From Podarcis tiliguerta (Eukaryota), in the NCBI GenBank assembly GCA_965153285.1, contig OZ229111.1: a DNA stretch of 64,000 bases; one strand, given 5' to 3'. The position numbers and the translations under genes are program-made. Positions 40,265 through 53,515 of this stretch are shown in pieces. The notes under the pieces were generated by a model. That model made no database searches, was not told the origin of the DNA, and saw nothing but the letters and a program-made list of their open reading frames with translations. Within the stretch, counting starts at the first letter, position 1. Each line of letters starts with the position of its first letter.

Positions 40265-42419
40265 TCGGTGGCCCTCAACCCCAAGGGTCCACCTGGTGAC
40301 CCGGCTGTTTCCGTAGCTGCAACCATACAGTTAAAAGGTCAAAACGGGTGGTGGGGAAGGGCTGACCCGACGGCTCATGGGGGACTTTGCCCCCGGTGGC
40401 AAAAGCAAACAAGGCCCCCGCCTGGAGCTCAACTTCTCCTGGAAGCGAAAGAGAGTCCCCAGCCAGCAAAGGGCTGAGCGCAGCTCCAGGGCACGCCTGT
40501 TTCGCCTTCTCTCCCTTTCCTTCGACTGCATCAGTGTAGGCCACCGTTATAGCCAGCAGGAGTGATCTACCATAGCACCTGGAAAGGCTCCTCTGGAACA
40601 CCTGCTGCTTATTCAGACACAGCAGGCTCCGCCTTGAAGATCCACCATACACGGAGCTCCTGAGATTCCAAGTGGAGCAGCGAGGCTTGAACTAGGCCAT
40701 GCCAACGTGGCCTCTGCCTAGAGATGAGGTCGAGAAAGTCATCGCAGATGCTGTGCAAACCATTTCCCCCCCAGTGTAACACTTCCCCGAAGTCCAGAAA
40801 CAACTGTTCTGTAAGTGGGACAGCTGGTTACGAAACAATGCTGGGGGGGAGAAGGGGGGCAGGGGATCACATGATGGCAATGCAAAGAGAAAGAGAGGAG
40901 GAGGTGGCGAGAAAGATACTGCCAGTCACCAAAGGCAGCTCATTCACAAGCCTATCACAAAAGGCTGCCGTAGATCCTCCCCCCACGCCCTGCAAACTGA
41001 CCCAAGCCAAGACCAGCCTGCATTATTAGGCAACTTGTGTTTTTGCTTGTTTTCAAGTGGTGCCTATACATCTCTTTTCTATTCCTCAAGAGGGGCAAGG
41101 AAGCAGAGAAAGTAAAAGCCCAGGTCTCCAGCTGGTGCCGAGAGAAACCCTTTCTTTTGTTCCCTCGGAATGAAAACATTTTATCAGCCCAGCCGTAAGA
41201 TTTTCATTCTGCCATTAGTGATCTCAGTTCCACCTTGAGCTCCTGCTTCACTCACCCTCATTACTTGTTAGGTTTTTACTTTGATGTGTGTGAGTGAAGT
41301 GCCATGCGGCTGCTGAAAAAGAGAGGAAGCCCCAAAGATTGAAAAGGCATCGCCTCTTAACCCAGCCACCCCAGAGCAGATCCTAAAAACAAACAAACAC
41401 CAGAGCAGAAAGCAAGTTCAAGCACATGCTTGCCAAGAACAGATAGCCCTGTGTCTCTTTTCATTAATAGAAACAGGTTAACACAGGCTTAAAGTAACCT
41501 ATACAAGAGTAGCTCCTAATCCAAAAGAAAATACCAAGGGATGAGAGGAGAGTGGCTTGTTTACATGGCCTGCAGGTGATGACCAGTGAGATAATAAGGC
41601 ATGACAGCTACACCGCAATTGCCAATTTACTAGAAGATTAAGCATATACAGCTATCCAGCACAGGACTCTCTCGAGGTGGTGGCCCAACAGAAGTAGCTA
41701 GAGATAAGTAGCAGGATTCACGTGGAAATACGAAGTAGAATGAAATCTACAACATAGACACACACATATATATATTTGAGGGGATAAAAGGAGTCCTATC
41801 CAGCACAAGTACAATGAAATGCCAGAAGGCCCAAGGCTTCACATTGCTCCCTCAAGTCAGAGCTGGACTAATTTCTCAAGAGAAAAGCAGTACAGTGATT
41901 TCAGAAGGAATGACTGCTCGGTAGCTGAGCTAAAGATAACCTCCATACAGAGGATGCTCAAAGATCAGCCCAACCTTCTCAGAGCGTCTCATAAGCAAGA
42001 ATGGATCAAAAGCAACCCCCCCCCCCAGCTTTTGCTTTTCGGGCATCAGCTGGCTGAGTCTGCCTCAGAATTTTGTAATAGCCCCTGTGAAGAGCATCCA
42101 ATGGTTTCTGGCAGCATATGGGAGGGAGGCTCTTTCTGAAAGTGCCAGGTTCTGAATGTGTCTGAAGGAATGATGGTCAGCAGGCTCCGAGAATACTGGA
42201 AGGGAGGGAGATACCGTCAAACAACTGATGGCGTCAGTCCTTGGTTTTCTTCATTTCAGGAGCACTTCTTACTGAAGTCTGTTCAATGGGAAGGTGACTA
42301 CCCAACTGGACAATTTTTAATTTATATATTTCTACTGCATCAGACCAACACTTACCTGAATCTAGAACCATGGAAGGCACCACATTAAGCCGCATGAAAT
42401 GCAAATCCATTAACCTCAC

Positions 42420-42500
42420 AAGGTATCTGAAGAAGTCTGCATGCACATGAAAGCTCATACCAAGAACAAACTTAGTTGGTCTCTAAGGTGCTACTGGACA
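42420..42500 (+). mobile_element. Penelope-like 3' terminal fragment
   Basis: ctgaagaagt...catgaaagctcatacc...gttggtctctaaggtgctactgga motif. Confidence 0.45.
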
Positions 42501-45249
42501 TTTTTTAAAAAAAATTTAAAATATATTTCTATGCCACTTTCAGACATGGCAAACATCCTTCCAACCTTCAGACGCACATGGAAATGTTTCACCTGTAAAG
42601 TAGTGCAAAGCACTACAGTTGGAGGCAAAACAGCATGGTATACTTCTTGATGGATCAGACTACCCTAGAAGGCCTATTACCAACAGGTTCCAAGGTGAGT
42701 AATGGTTTTCTTTAGTGATGCAGGCACAGTTACATATTTTTTAAACCTATTTGGTCTGAAATTGTTTGAGCCCTATATGCCATCTTTTTTAGATTTTATG
42801 ATCTCCCCCCAAAAAGGGGGGGGGGAATCATGACCATGCCTACCATGTAACAAGGTAGAGTTCTGCTGTATGTGGCACCAAAGGGGCAGTGATGAAGAGA
42901 TGGATGAAGGCAAGAATCTGTGCCTGAATAGGTGGCAAAGCCATTTTAAAATGCTGACCCTAGTAGACATAATTCGGGCTCTACTTGAGGCAGCAAAATG
43001 CCTAGGGGTGGCACAAAAGAGATTCCCAGAAGACCCCAAGAATGCCACACCAAATGATGACTTGCAATCATGGAGAACACAGGTGTTCCAGGCAGCTGCA
43101 TATCTCATAACAGAACTCCCTTTCTCTAAGGGTCAGACAGTAGAAGCAATGCAAGATGCCCCCATTTGCACCATCAGTCAGAGGCAGATATTAAGGTAGG
43201 TTGACTTCCTTTCAACTTTGTTTTGGAGGTCCCATTTCCTGCCCTGATCATATTAGGAAAGAACATCAGGCTTTGATTGCTATCATAGATTCTCCTTTCA
43301 AAACATTTTTCCAGCCAACACTTTTCAAAAAGCTAATGCTCTTTTTGAAGCTTTCAGCTGTTAAACATTCATTGCTATTCTGCTGCCCTTCCTCTTCCTA
43401 TTTCAGGATCATGGACTTCAGCAGTTCATAGTTACTTTCTTTTACATAGCCAACTGTTTTCACAGACTCAAACATTTCCTTCCTATTAGTCAGATTCTGA
43501 TCTAAAAATAGCATGTCCCTCATTGTTTCCTCAACTTTCTGAAGGAGAAGTTTGTTGAGAACAAGTAGGAACCCTGTTTATGTATTCCATTTAAAATATG
43601 GCAAAAGTGCTTTTGTACTTCTACTTGATATGGAATTTTTTTGCTAGTGCAGTCCAGTCCTGCGAGCAGCCAACGTGGAAGCTTACATGCTCAGTGGAGG
43701 AATCTGGAGTTTTGCTGTGGCTCTCTCTGTCTTGATTCTCTCCTCTCAGCAGCCACCAAACCCTTTCTATCATAATACGGCTCCCTTTCTCACTTAAGAT
43801 TGGACATTGTTTTTTCCTCGCGAATTTCATTCTCTTGCATTTCCAGAATCTATGGCTCTTGGGCAGGTGTATCAATAAGAAACAATGACACCATTCAACA
43901 CTGGCATTCAAGCTGCCAGTCCCTGGCTCACTTCCAGAATAGTCACCAGTTGGCGTTCTATGCACACAGATCCCATTCTGTGCTTGTGGGCAGTGGCAGG
44001 GGGCAGAGTCTCCACAAAGCACATTCACTGCTTTAGCACTGGCTATGTTCATCTGCTTGTATGCAGCTCATTTTTTTAAAAAAATAATAGAGCCCATAGA
44101 GCACAAGTCTCTTGTTAGGGCCCTTCAATATTTTTTTATGCAACGAGTATGCAGTTGCAACTCATGTCATGTGCAGTTGAGATGCCTTTCTCAGAAGCTG
44201 TGCTTCTGTTCCAAGAGTTACTGCACTTTGCCAGTGATGGCACTTACTATTTATGCCTGGGAAAAGCAATTCTTCCCATGCATAGGAGTCTTTGGTGCTA
44301 TTACTACTGTGTGCAATGGGGCTGAGCAAATGCTACCAGCACCTGCCACTGGATAGGTGCAGTGTTATAAGTGACCATTCCATTCCTACCTCCCACCCAG
44401 TCCTGCTATAATATTCCTACCTTTATAGCTGAAAGATTCCTGCCATACAGTTGCTTTTAAATTATACTCCGTTTTTCAAGGAAGTCCAGGGAGTAGCATA
44501 TATGGTTCTCCCTGCTCCCTCAGCTTTTATCCTCCTAGGTACCCTGCAAGGTAAGTTAAGCAGGAAGAGCTACTGTCTCAGGACAACCCAGTGAGCTTCA
44601 TGGTTGAGCAGTGACTTGAACCTGTTCCCTCTTGAGCAGCTTTCCAAGAGCTGTATTCCAGAGAGGAAGCAGGACCAGAAGCAATAAGTAGGTGGGGCGA
44701 CAGATGCAGCCCTTACTACCTTTGTATAGTAGGTTGCATTCTGACCATGCAGAAGCCACATCATGCAGAAGCTGACCATGCAAAAGTACATATCTCTCCA
44801 TCCCAACGAGGAAGTGGGATCATTACAGTTCAAGGATGCATTCCAGCCAGCAAAAGCACTTGAGGAAGGCGTGAAGCAGGGCTGGTGAGATGTGTGGACT
44901 GAGGAGGAGAGGCAAGGGGTTTGAGAGGGTGGTGGCTTCTCAAATCTAGCTAATCTTTCTTCTGGCCCAGTTTTGCTACCAATGCTGCTTTGGTCACCAT
45001 AAAGTATTTGTGTGTGAGAGAGGGGGGAGGTGTGGGGTAGCTTTGATGATATATTTTTATAATAATATACTTAATTATACCCCACCCTTTTTCCTGACAG
45101 GACTCAAGGCGGCTTACAGGTTAAAAACAAGAACCACTGATACTCCTGGACATCTCACTGGCTCTTCATACCATCTCTCTTGGTATACTTCTAGATCTGT
45201 TATCGCACATGTGATAAGAGATACCACTCTCTTCTAGTTCTTTTTCCAC

Positions 45250-45560
45250 TTGACTGGTTGATTCCAGAAGATGTTGGAGGATCCTTCTTGTTTCTCATGC
45301 TGTTTAACATCTAAATGGCATAGCTGAGGAAAATCATCCAGGAATTTGGAGTCAGGTGCCATCAAAATGCTGAAAACACCTAGTTATTTTTCTCCTTTTA
45401 AATCTATTCCAGTGAAGTAGTAGATGTTGTGAGCCGCCGCCTGACGGACCAATAAAATGTAGCCCAATTCAAAAAAGACAAAAGTTTTGTTGGTAGGTGG
45501 TACGATGATCAAAGAGTTTGTAATTTGCCCTTTTGCAATACTACCTCAAAGATGAGGTTC
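45250..45560 (+). mobile_element. L2-like LINE RT fragment
   Basis: Translates to a degenerate LFNI...IIQEFGVRCHQNAENT (YADD region). Confidence 0.55.
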
Positions 45561-48254
45561 AAAGACAGGCAATGTTAAGTGCTCAAGTCCTCAACTAGGC
45601 AGGCAAAAATTACTGACAGTAGCAAACACAGTCCAGGGAAGCTTCTTTAGGAAGTAGCTGACAAAAGTGGATGACAACAGACTGCGCCTCTACTGCTCTG
45701 CTTATAAGACCCTAAAGCAAAGCATCAAAATTACAAAATTAAGGCAAGAAGCTCATTGAGAACATCTTCCACTAAGTTATATGTGCAGAATGAAGACATT
45801 TTAGATACTGGAGGAGGTACCTTGAGACATATTGCAAGAACAAAAAGTATCAAAGCAGAAAGGAGCGAGCACAATTTCTGCTGAATTCTTCAGTGCCTTC
45901 AAAACAGAATTATGTAATAATTATGAGTGTACAGGTGCAGTCAGAATAATTTAACACAGCACCCAGAGAAAAAAGGTTGAGCACTCATCTCTCTTTAATC
46001 CTGAAGCCTTTATCTCAGCTACAGGTTGCTTTAATACCAGTCTGTCATGTTCTGTAAGAGGCCCACCTACAGGAGAGAGACACTGGTTTTCCACCCTTCA
46101 ACCACAATGCCCCAGTGGTCTAGAAGATGAAGGACAAAGTAGCTTTGCCAGAGGCCCAGAACACAGTGACCCTAATCAATTTCCCTGGGAATAGATTGAA
46201 CAGCCAGCCATGTCCCTAACACGGCTGCGCTCAATAGGAAACTGCAGCCGATTCAGGCCAAGAACCAAAATTAGCAGGCAAGCAGTGAGTCAAACAGCAC
46301 CTCCCACCAGCTATTGTTTAGCACTTGCCCATCAGCTATTGCAGAGCTGAGGGTGCCAGCCCAACTTAGGCTTCAAAGTGGCATTCTATTCCACAATGTT
46401 GTGAACTTGCCATAGCATAAGATAGGGAAGGTACAAGGGAAATGGGGCGGGGAGAGGGAGAGGGAGAGAAAAAGCAGCAAGCCTTCCTACAAAAAGTAAG
46501 GATTCTTAACTTCAATGCCTTCTTGCACTATGATTTAACGAGATAACCATTCAATGCATGTACCAATCACACTTCTCCTGCAACGCTAGATGCACAATTG
46601 TCATAAGAATAATATGCAGTCCTTGCATCAACCAGGCCACATGGAGAAGTGGGGTTGCTGCTGCTTTATGCCTTGTCTTCAAGAGAGGCGAACTAATCTT
46701 TCAAGTTGTCGTAGAGCCTAAAGCACAGTGGGAGAAATCAATATTCTTAAATCAACAGTACCAAGACCTAGGAAGCAAAGGACCAGACCACTTGAACATA
46801 TTTACACTTGGGAACATAATTCATCTCACTGAATGCGTACACCACAAATCTTGCAGGGATTTCTCATAAACAGCTCTACCTAGCTGCCAACCGTTCCAAG
46901 TCTGCACAGGTTTTAACTATGCATCTGACTGTTACTAAGGGAAGGGAATCCCTGGGAATAGAGACAACATGTGTTGCCTAAATTACAAGTCCCTTTGACA
47001 TCTGCTCTATATAACTGGCATGGGAAGGCTTTGGTGGGCTTTAGGAGACCTGGAGAAGCAACTGGTCCTGCTAACACTAAGCTTCCAGGAGTGATCAACA
47101 TAGGAAGTCTGCCACGTTTCAGCCAGGAGTACCAATAACACATAGTCAATCCTTGTTTAAATGAAATTGGCCAGCCAACCTAGCTCTAAGGGCGCAGATG
47201 CTTAAGGCCTAAAATTTCACTGACAGATGCACTCTATGCATCTTCCCCAGTGGGTGGATGCCAGGTGGTTGACAAGTAACATACTTGTTTATTGTTGCTT
47301 AGGCATTTAGGGTTGCCAAGCTAATATAAGCTCAAAGACAGTCACATTTAAACCTGGATTTGGACAGGGCAAGGTAGGCAAGCAAATCCAGCCAGCAGTT
47401 CTGGAGAAGATGACACAAATGTAGAGAACACCTTGTTTGAAAGGACATCTCTGAAAAACAGAAACAAATTTTTCAGTGCTTAGCAGGGTAGACAAAACCC
47501 ACCCTGATTTAACTAGCATGCTTTCTTTATGAGGATTCTATAAACATGAAATACAGGGATCACTGATAGATCCAGAGAAATCTCATCCTACTGCAGAGTT
47601 GCTTAATTAGTTAATTCAAATGAAACTATGCAGGAAGCTAAATAGCCACCAATCATTCATGACGTTACCCTGTATTTTTATGCTCTAGGCCAGGGGTGGG
47701 CTGAAGATACTCTACTAACAGATCCCCAAGGGGTTTATAGTAGATTATTAAAAAACTAAGGATTAGAAATCCTTGCCAATGGCAGCAACAAAATGACCCC
47801 CTACTGTCTTACATTATACTGTTGAAATGAACTGCTCCAATTGGCTTGTCAATTTTGGAAACATCGGAGGAGATCGGAAGCACTTCACATTTCCCAAGTG
47901 CTCTGATCTTGAAATAAATAAAAAACCAAAAGAAGACAGAGCTGATGGCAGATGCGCATTACAGGTAATGGCCTTGCTGTGTGTTAGATTGGGTGGATTG
48001 GCTGATGCAAAGGGACCAGCCCTGCAGTGACCTTCTGGTCTTCAGCAAGCCAGAGAGTTGTGCAGTGTTAGCTGGAGTTCTGATTTATTATCTGCCTGGC
48101 AAAGAAGAGGCAGGGTGTTGTGTGGTGAGCACCCTCTCTGGAGCAGGCTGAAGTCTGGCAAAAGCCTGGGGTTCCTCACAAGAGGGTTCAAGGCAACTGA
48201 ACATGATAACTAATCAGCAGCTAGTGCAAATCATGTAGAATCAGCATTCATATA

Positions 48255-48512
48255 CCGTATTTTTCGCTCTATAAGACGCACCAGACCACAAGACGCACCT
48301 AGTTTTTGGAGGAGGAAAACAAGAAAAAAAATATTCTGAATCTCAGAAGCCGGAACAGCCAGAGGGATCACTGCGCAGTGAAAGCAGCAATCCCTCTTGC
48401 TGTTCTGGCTTCTGCGATAGCCGTGAGCCTGCATTCGCTCCATAAGACGCACACACATTTCCCCTTACTTTTTAGGAGGGGAAAAGTGAGTCTTATAGAG
48501 CAAAAAATACGG
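48255..48512. mobile_element. pogo/Tigger-type MITE
   Basis: 23-bp TIR CCGTATTTTT(C/T)GCTCTATAAGAC (22/23), TA TSD. Confidence 0.9.
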
Positions 48513-48529
48513 TACATTAATTACCGATT

Positions 48530-49050
48530 CAAAGTGCCTTGCATTCTGGCAGCAACTAACTGAGGTTTCCAAACACTTTTGAAAGGCAGCCCCACATAAA
48601 CAGTTACAGCACTGTCATCTGAAGGTCACTAGAGGAATGACTGTGGCAAGATTCCCCTGTGTCAGGGAGGATGATAGCTGTTGCACCTGGTGATACTGGG
48701 AAAAGGCACCCCTCACCACCTGCAGAAACAGGACCCAGATCAAGAAGCACCCCCAAACTAAGCACCTGCACTTTCACACTTTCCACCCAGAACAGGCTGC
48801 AAAACCAATCTCATATCACATGGTCCAACTACCAACAGTACCTCTTCTGTCTGAATTATGTTTCCCCTCATTGCATCCTATCCAATCCATCACAGATATC
48901 AGACAGCGATTCAGCCTTTCAACTATCTTACAGGAACAAATGAAAATGAGAGAGAGGTGGCTGTCATCTGCATACTGATGACTCCCCAGCCAAAATCTAC
49001 AATTGACCTCTGTCAGCAGTTTCATGTAGATGCTGAACAGAATCTACATG
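48530..49050 (-). mobile_element. L2-like LINE RT fragment
   Basis: Minus-strand ORF contains SHQYADDSHL (RT YADD motif). Confidence 0.7.
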
Positions 49051-50341
49051 TGTATTGTATATGCTAAATAGTTCCAAAATGTTCTGCTGGTGGTTTTGAA
49101 CACTTTCCTTCATGTGCAACACACTCAGATGCAGCATGGAGGAGGTGTCAATGCCAAAAGATTAAAGGGGCCAAAGAAGAATCTGGCATCAGATGTTCTA
49201 CAAGCTTCTATTTTAGACCAAGCAGCATTGCCAAAACATTGTGACAGTTTTGTTTAAACATACTTGAGGATCCAAGAAAAGACTGCATTCACTCCCTTTT
49301 GCCTAAGATGAAGGAGTAATGTGTGGTCCAGACAGAACAATAGAAAACCTACCATCTATTTACAACCCATCACCCTAGAGGTAGACAACACCACGACTTA
49401 AGATACAGCCAGTGACAGAAATAGAATATGACATCACACCAACTCAACAACAAAAGCTACAATCCTGACTGGTAGTGGCAGCAAAGAGGAAAAAGCAACA
49501 ATCATCAGCCCATGACTTTCACTCACATCACTCTGTCAACCTCAGACTGAAATTCCCTATGTCAACAACTCTGACCACACATTTTAACCAAAACAGCTAA
49601 AGTGACAACATCAGTTGGAGAGGCTGGAGGAAAAACTGTCAAAATGGGAAGAAAGTTTTGAAACACACACGGGCAAAGAGAATTTGCTTCTTAATAATGA
49701 CCTTTGCCAACATCTTCCCCAAAATTTGCAATTCTCCCCCCAAAATGTGGGAGAACATCCAGGAACGCTCCAGCTATCCTTTCTCTAGGTCAGGGAACTT
49801 CTGCCCCGCCAATGTGAGACTACAACTCACACCATCCCTTCCTATTGGCTATTTGGGCCAGGGTTGATAGAAGCAGAAGCCCAACAACTTTGGGAGAGTT
49901 ACAGGCTCCCCACCTCTACTCCATGCAGAGTTAGAGCTTGTAAAGAAGATTCAGCAGCATCCGGCACCAACAGCTTGATAACAAATAGTAAGAAGTTGCA
50001 GTGGGCTTTTGAGAACCGATGGGGCTTCTCTAAGGCCAAAATCAAAGCCACACACCAAGCAGCTGTGGCCTCATTAAAGTTGGGCACCCTACACTTTAGC
50101 TTAGCATGAGGAAAGAGGTAGTCAACAGTCATAGCCAGAATGGCTGTCAGAGCTAAGGCTATAGCCATTTGCGGGCTTCTCTGAAAAATATCAGAGCCCT
50201 ATTTCAGATTCCAGTTACACACTCAACCACAAGCATACGCATGCACCAAGAGGCACAGAACAGCGGCAGCTCTGGAGCAGAGCCTCAGAGGAACCCACCG
50301 ATTCAGGCACCCCTGGAAACCGTGCTCCCTTGTCAACTCAC

Positions 50342-50531
50342 TCTGCTCATTCCAGGCTGCCGTGTGCTCAGATTCATAGGCTGCCTCCCCAACGTTCGGT
50401 GCCCCAGCATCACTCCGTGGCCCCCAGTAAAAGATCCGCCCTGCCAGACTCTCCAGTTTCTGTAGCGCCGACATCTTACACCCTTTGTCCTTGCTGGAGT
50501 TTTGAGAGTTCACCTCAGCTCCATGGCTCAT
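50342..50531 (-). CDS. PRKACA: PRKACA long alternative first exon (CalphaL type, paralogue of the PRKACB Cbeta2 exon)
   Basis: MSHGAEVNSQNSSKDKGCKMSALQKLESLAGRIFYWGPRSDAGAPNVGEAAYESEHTAAWNEQ plus A|GTGAGT (phase 1, joins as MKEFL). Matches the Cbeta2 motifs ALQKLEGFASRLF and SEHTALWDRSMKEFL. Confidence 0.9.
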
Positions 50532-53348
50532 GTTTCTCTTTTATTTTATCACCGGTTCTTTTCCTCTGCCCCAGCTCTGCTCTCGGAGCAAACACAGCCA
50601 AGCAGCTCAGTCAGGATCCAGGAGGGCACTCTCTTCAGTCATTGCTATTTGCCAACAGGTAGAGGCACTGCTTTTCCTGTCCCGCCACAGGAAGAGAGGG
50701 GTAAAGGCAGCAACTGGAGAACAGACACAGTCCCAGATTCAGCAGAGCTCTTAACATTCCCCTCCAACTGATTCACACAGGCATTTGGCTTGAGCCGACT
50801 GCTCTCAACTTCCATCAAACCCACCTCCCTGGACTATAGCATTCATGTCAGTTCAGCAACAAGTCTGGGGCAGCCATCCATATCAGGTTTTCCCAAGCCC
50901 CCACGCTAAGGCTCAGAAAAGCTCCAAGACAGTTCATTCCATATTCTCTCTGTTTAGAAAGAAATACAGGGAGCCTGGTCACTTACACAGCTGATCAGAG
51001 GGTGAACAGCAGGCAGATTTGATTAATACAGAGGGAGGAAGGCCTGCCAGATCAGCAGTAGCAAGAACTATGCAATGAGGCTTAAAATAGCTCACAAATT
51101 CTCCGAATCTCTTTTGCCCTCAGGGCTGAAGGTAGGGCAAATAAGGAAATTGTCAGGTAGGGAAGCCCTATTATCTTCCAAAACGAAGTGATTCTTTAAC
51201 AGAAAGAAGAAACAATTCAAGGAGAGAGGGAGACTGAGATAGAATCATAGAATTGTAGAGTTGGAAGGAACCAAGATGTTCAGATAACTTGATGAAACTA
51301 GAGCACGCCAAAGCAAACCTCTGATGCTGTAGATGGAATAAGACAAGGTGTGGCCGTCCAAAACTCAAAGTAGGAGCTCATTCAAGCCCATATCCCCTTG
51401 GATGCTCCATGCTCTGGAGATAGAAATCACTCTTTCTAAACACTAATACAACATTCCAAGGGTGAACATTCATTTGCAGAATGGCAGTCTTCATAACTTC
51501 TGGATTCTATTGCTAAGCAGCCCCCAAAAGCTCATATTCTCTGAATGAAGCAAAAGATTACTGCACAGTCCAGAGTGTGTGGATAAACATGGGAAGAGAA
51601 ACCAGAAATCTTGCTTCTAAAGCTTTGTCCTTCTCTCAAGGTTAAGAAGCCTTTCTTAGGCAAGGCCATCCAGAACAGAGAAGAATGGAGGTAAGGAAAA
51701 GGAAAGAAGAAAAAATACAGGGCGACGTCTCTTTCTCATAGGACTGCTTGCCAAAGAGCTCTAAAAATATTAGATGTCACAGTGGACCTCCAAAGAACAA
51801 CCAAGTCATAAGGGACAGGAAGGAGTTATTGTTTTAGCCCCCCAAAGCTACGCAGGACGTAAGTGACCAACCGGCCAACCAAGTGCATCCACAGAAAAAG
51901 CTGGGTCCAAAACTGGAAGCTGAATTCGGAGTCGCCTTCCCACGTACTCTGAGGACTACGGGGTTCAGTTTCCATATTGCTATTTCCAGACGACAGCCTT
52001 GTTCTCTACGCCTTCAGCACAGATCCAGACTCAGGCTGCATAGTTCATTCTGCCTGTGCTGCAACTCTCCATCGTCCCTCAAAGCAGAGCTGGCTCTTGA
52101 TTCAGAGACTGTCTGCAGGGCAAGCAGAGTGGCAGGGTAGCTTGCGGTATTGTTTCAGGAAAAGCCCCAAAGGAACAGCCTTGAAGTGGGAAGAAGAAGA
52201 GAAGAGGCTGGGCATGGTGCCAGCTTTGTACAAAGTCCTTAAAGGAACAGGCTACGAACTTTGCATCTTCTGCACTAATGTTCAGCAAAACATGCACGCA
52301 AAGGTTGTCCGCGAGGAAACTGCCCTCCACCATTGTCCATTCTCTTCGCTGAAACTGCTGAGATCACCAGCTTAAGGACTGAAACTCTGAACTATTAACT
52401 AAGAATGCAAAGAGGATCCCTTTGCTGCTCTGCATTTCATAAAGTTCAGAAAGCCTCTCTACAGTCCAACACTTTATCATCATTCAGATCACAAAGCAAG
52501 AACATAGTCACTTCCTCTGAGAGCAGTCAGATTTGACTACTGCCAAAGACAGCTTACTGAACTAGGTAGACTAATGATGCACCCAGGAAGAACAACTTCT
52601 CACATGGCTGGAAAATGCTTCAAACTGAGTATTAAGCATGCCATTTCTGGAAATCCAAACAATTATTCTAGACCCGACTTACAGAAAAGACAAAAGTTCA
52701 CAACAACTACTGTTCATACTGCAAATCCATTGGGTGCATGTTAACGCATCTCTAGCAGAAAAACAAAGGAAATAATGAGACTCTTCTTCACAGTACAACA
52801 ATTCAGATGAATCAATCCAGATCAAATACATCAATGTGATATGTAGCAGAAGTAGAGCAAACAATTTCCTTCTTAGACTGACTTGTAGGCAGTATTAGAA
52901 ACCAAGTACTTAGAGCAGGGTAGACCTACTAACTGCAGATAAGTTGCAAGGTTTCCAAGCTCTCAAGAAGTTAGAAATCTTAATTTGTGGCATTAAAAAA
53001 CAAACAGGTTCTCACCTTTGAAGACACAGAAAGGGTTAAACATTGTGCAGGTGAGGCTTCATTAGATCAGGTGATTTTTTATTTATTTTTTTGTCATCCC
53101 AGGAGGCAAATCTCTGACGGGTTCAGCACAGAAGCTTAAAATATTTTTTAATGAGCATGCTGGAATAAATGCAACCAGCCACAGCAGCAGAAAGCAATGG
53201 TTGTGTAAGACATGGACTGGCACACTAAGAGGACAGGTGGAAGAGTCCTTGAGGTGCTCTGCCCTCCTCAGCAATTTCCATGCCTCTGACTTAGCAGGGT
53301 TACCCTTCAACACTACAAGCAGATATGCAACCAGATGAAGAAGACCTA

Positions 53349-53515
53349 CTGTATTTTTCCATGTATAAGACTAGGTTTCCCCCCCTAAAAATAATGTCAA
53401 AAATTAGGGGCATCTTACTGTACACGGCTACATCTCCCCCCATTTTCTTAAATCTGAGTCCCCCAAAATAGGGGGTGTCTTATACATGGGGGCGTCTTAT
53501 AGACGGAAAATACAG
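53349..53515. mobile_element. pogo/Tigger-type MITE
   Basis: TIR CTGTATTTTTCC..TATAAGAC / GTCTTATAGACGGAAAATACAG, TA TSD. Confidence 0.8.
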
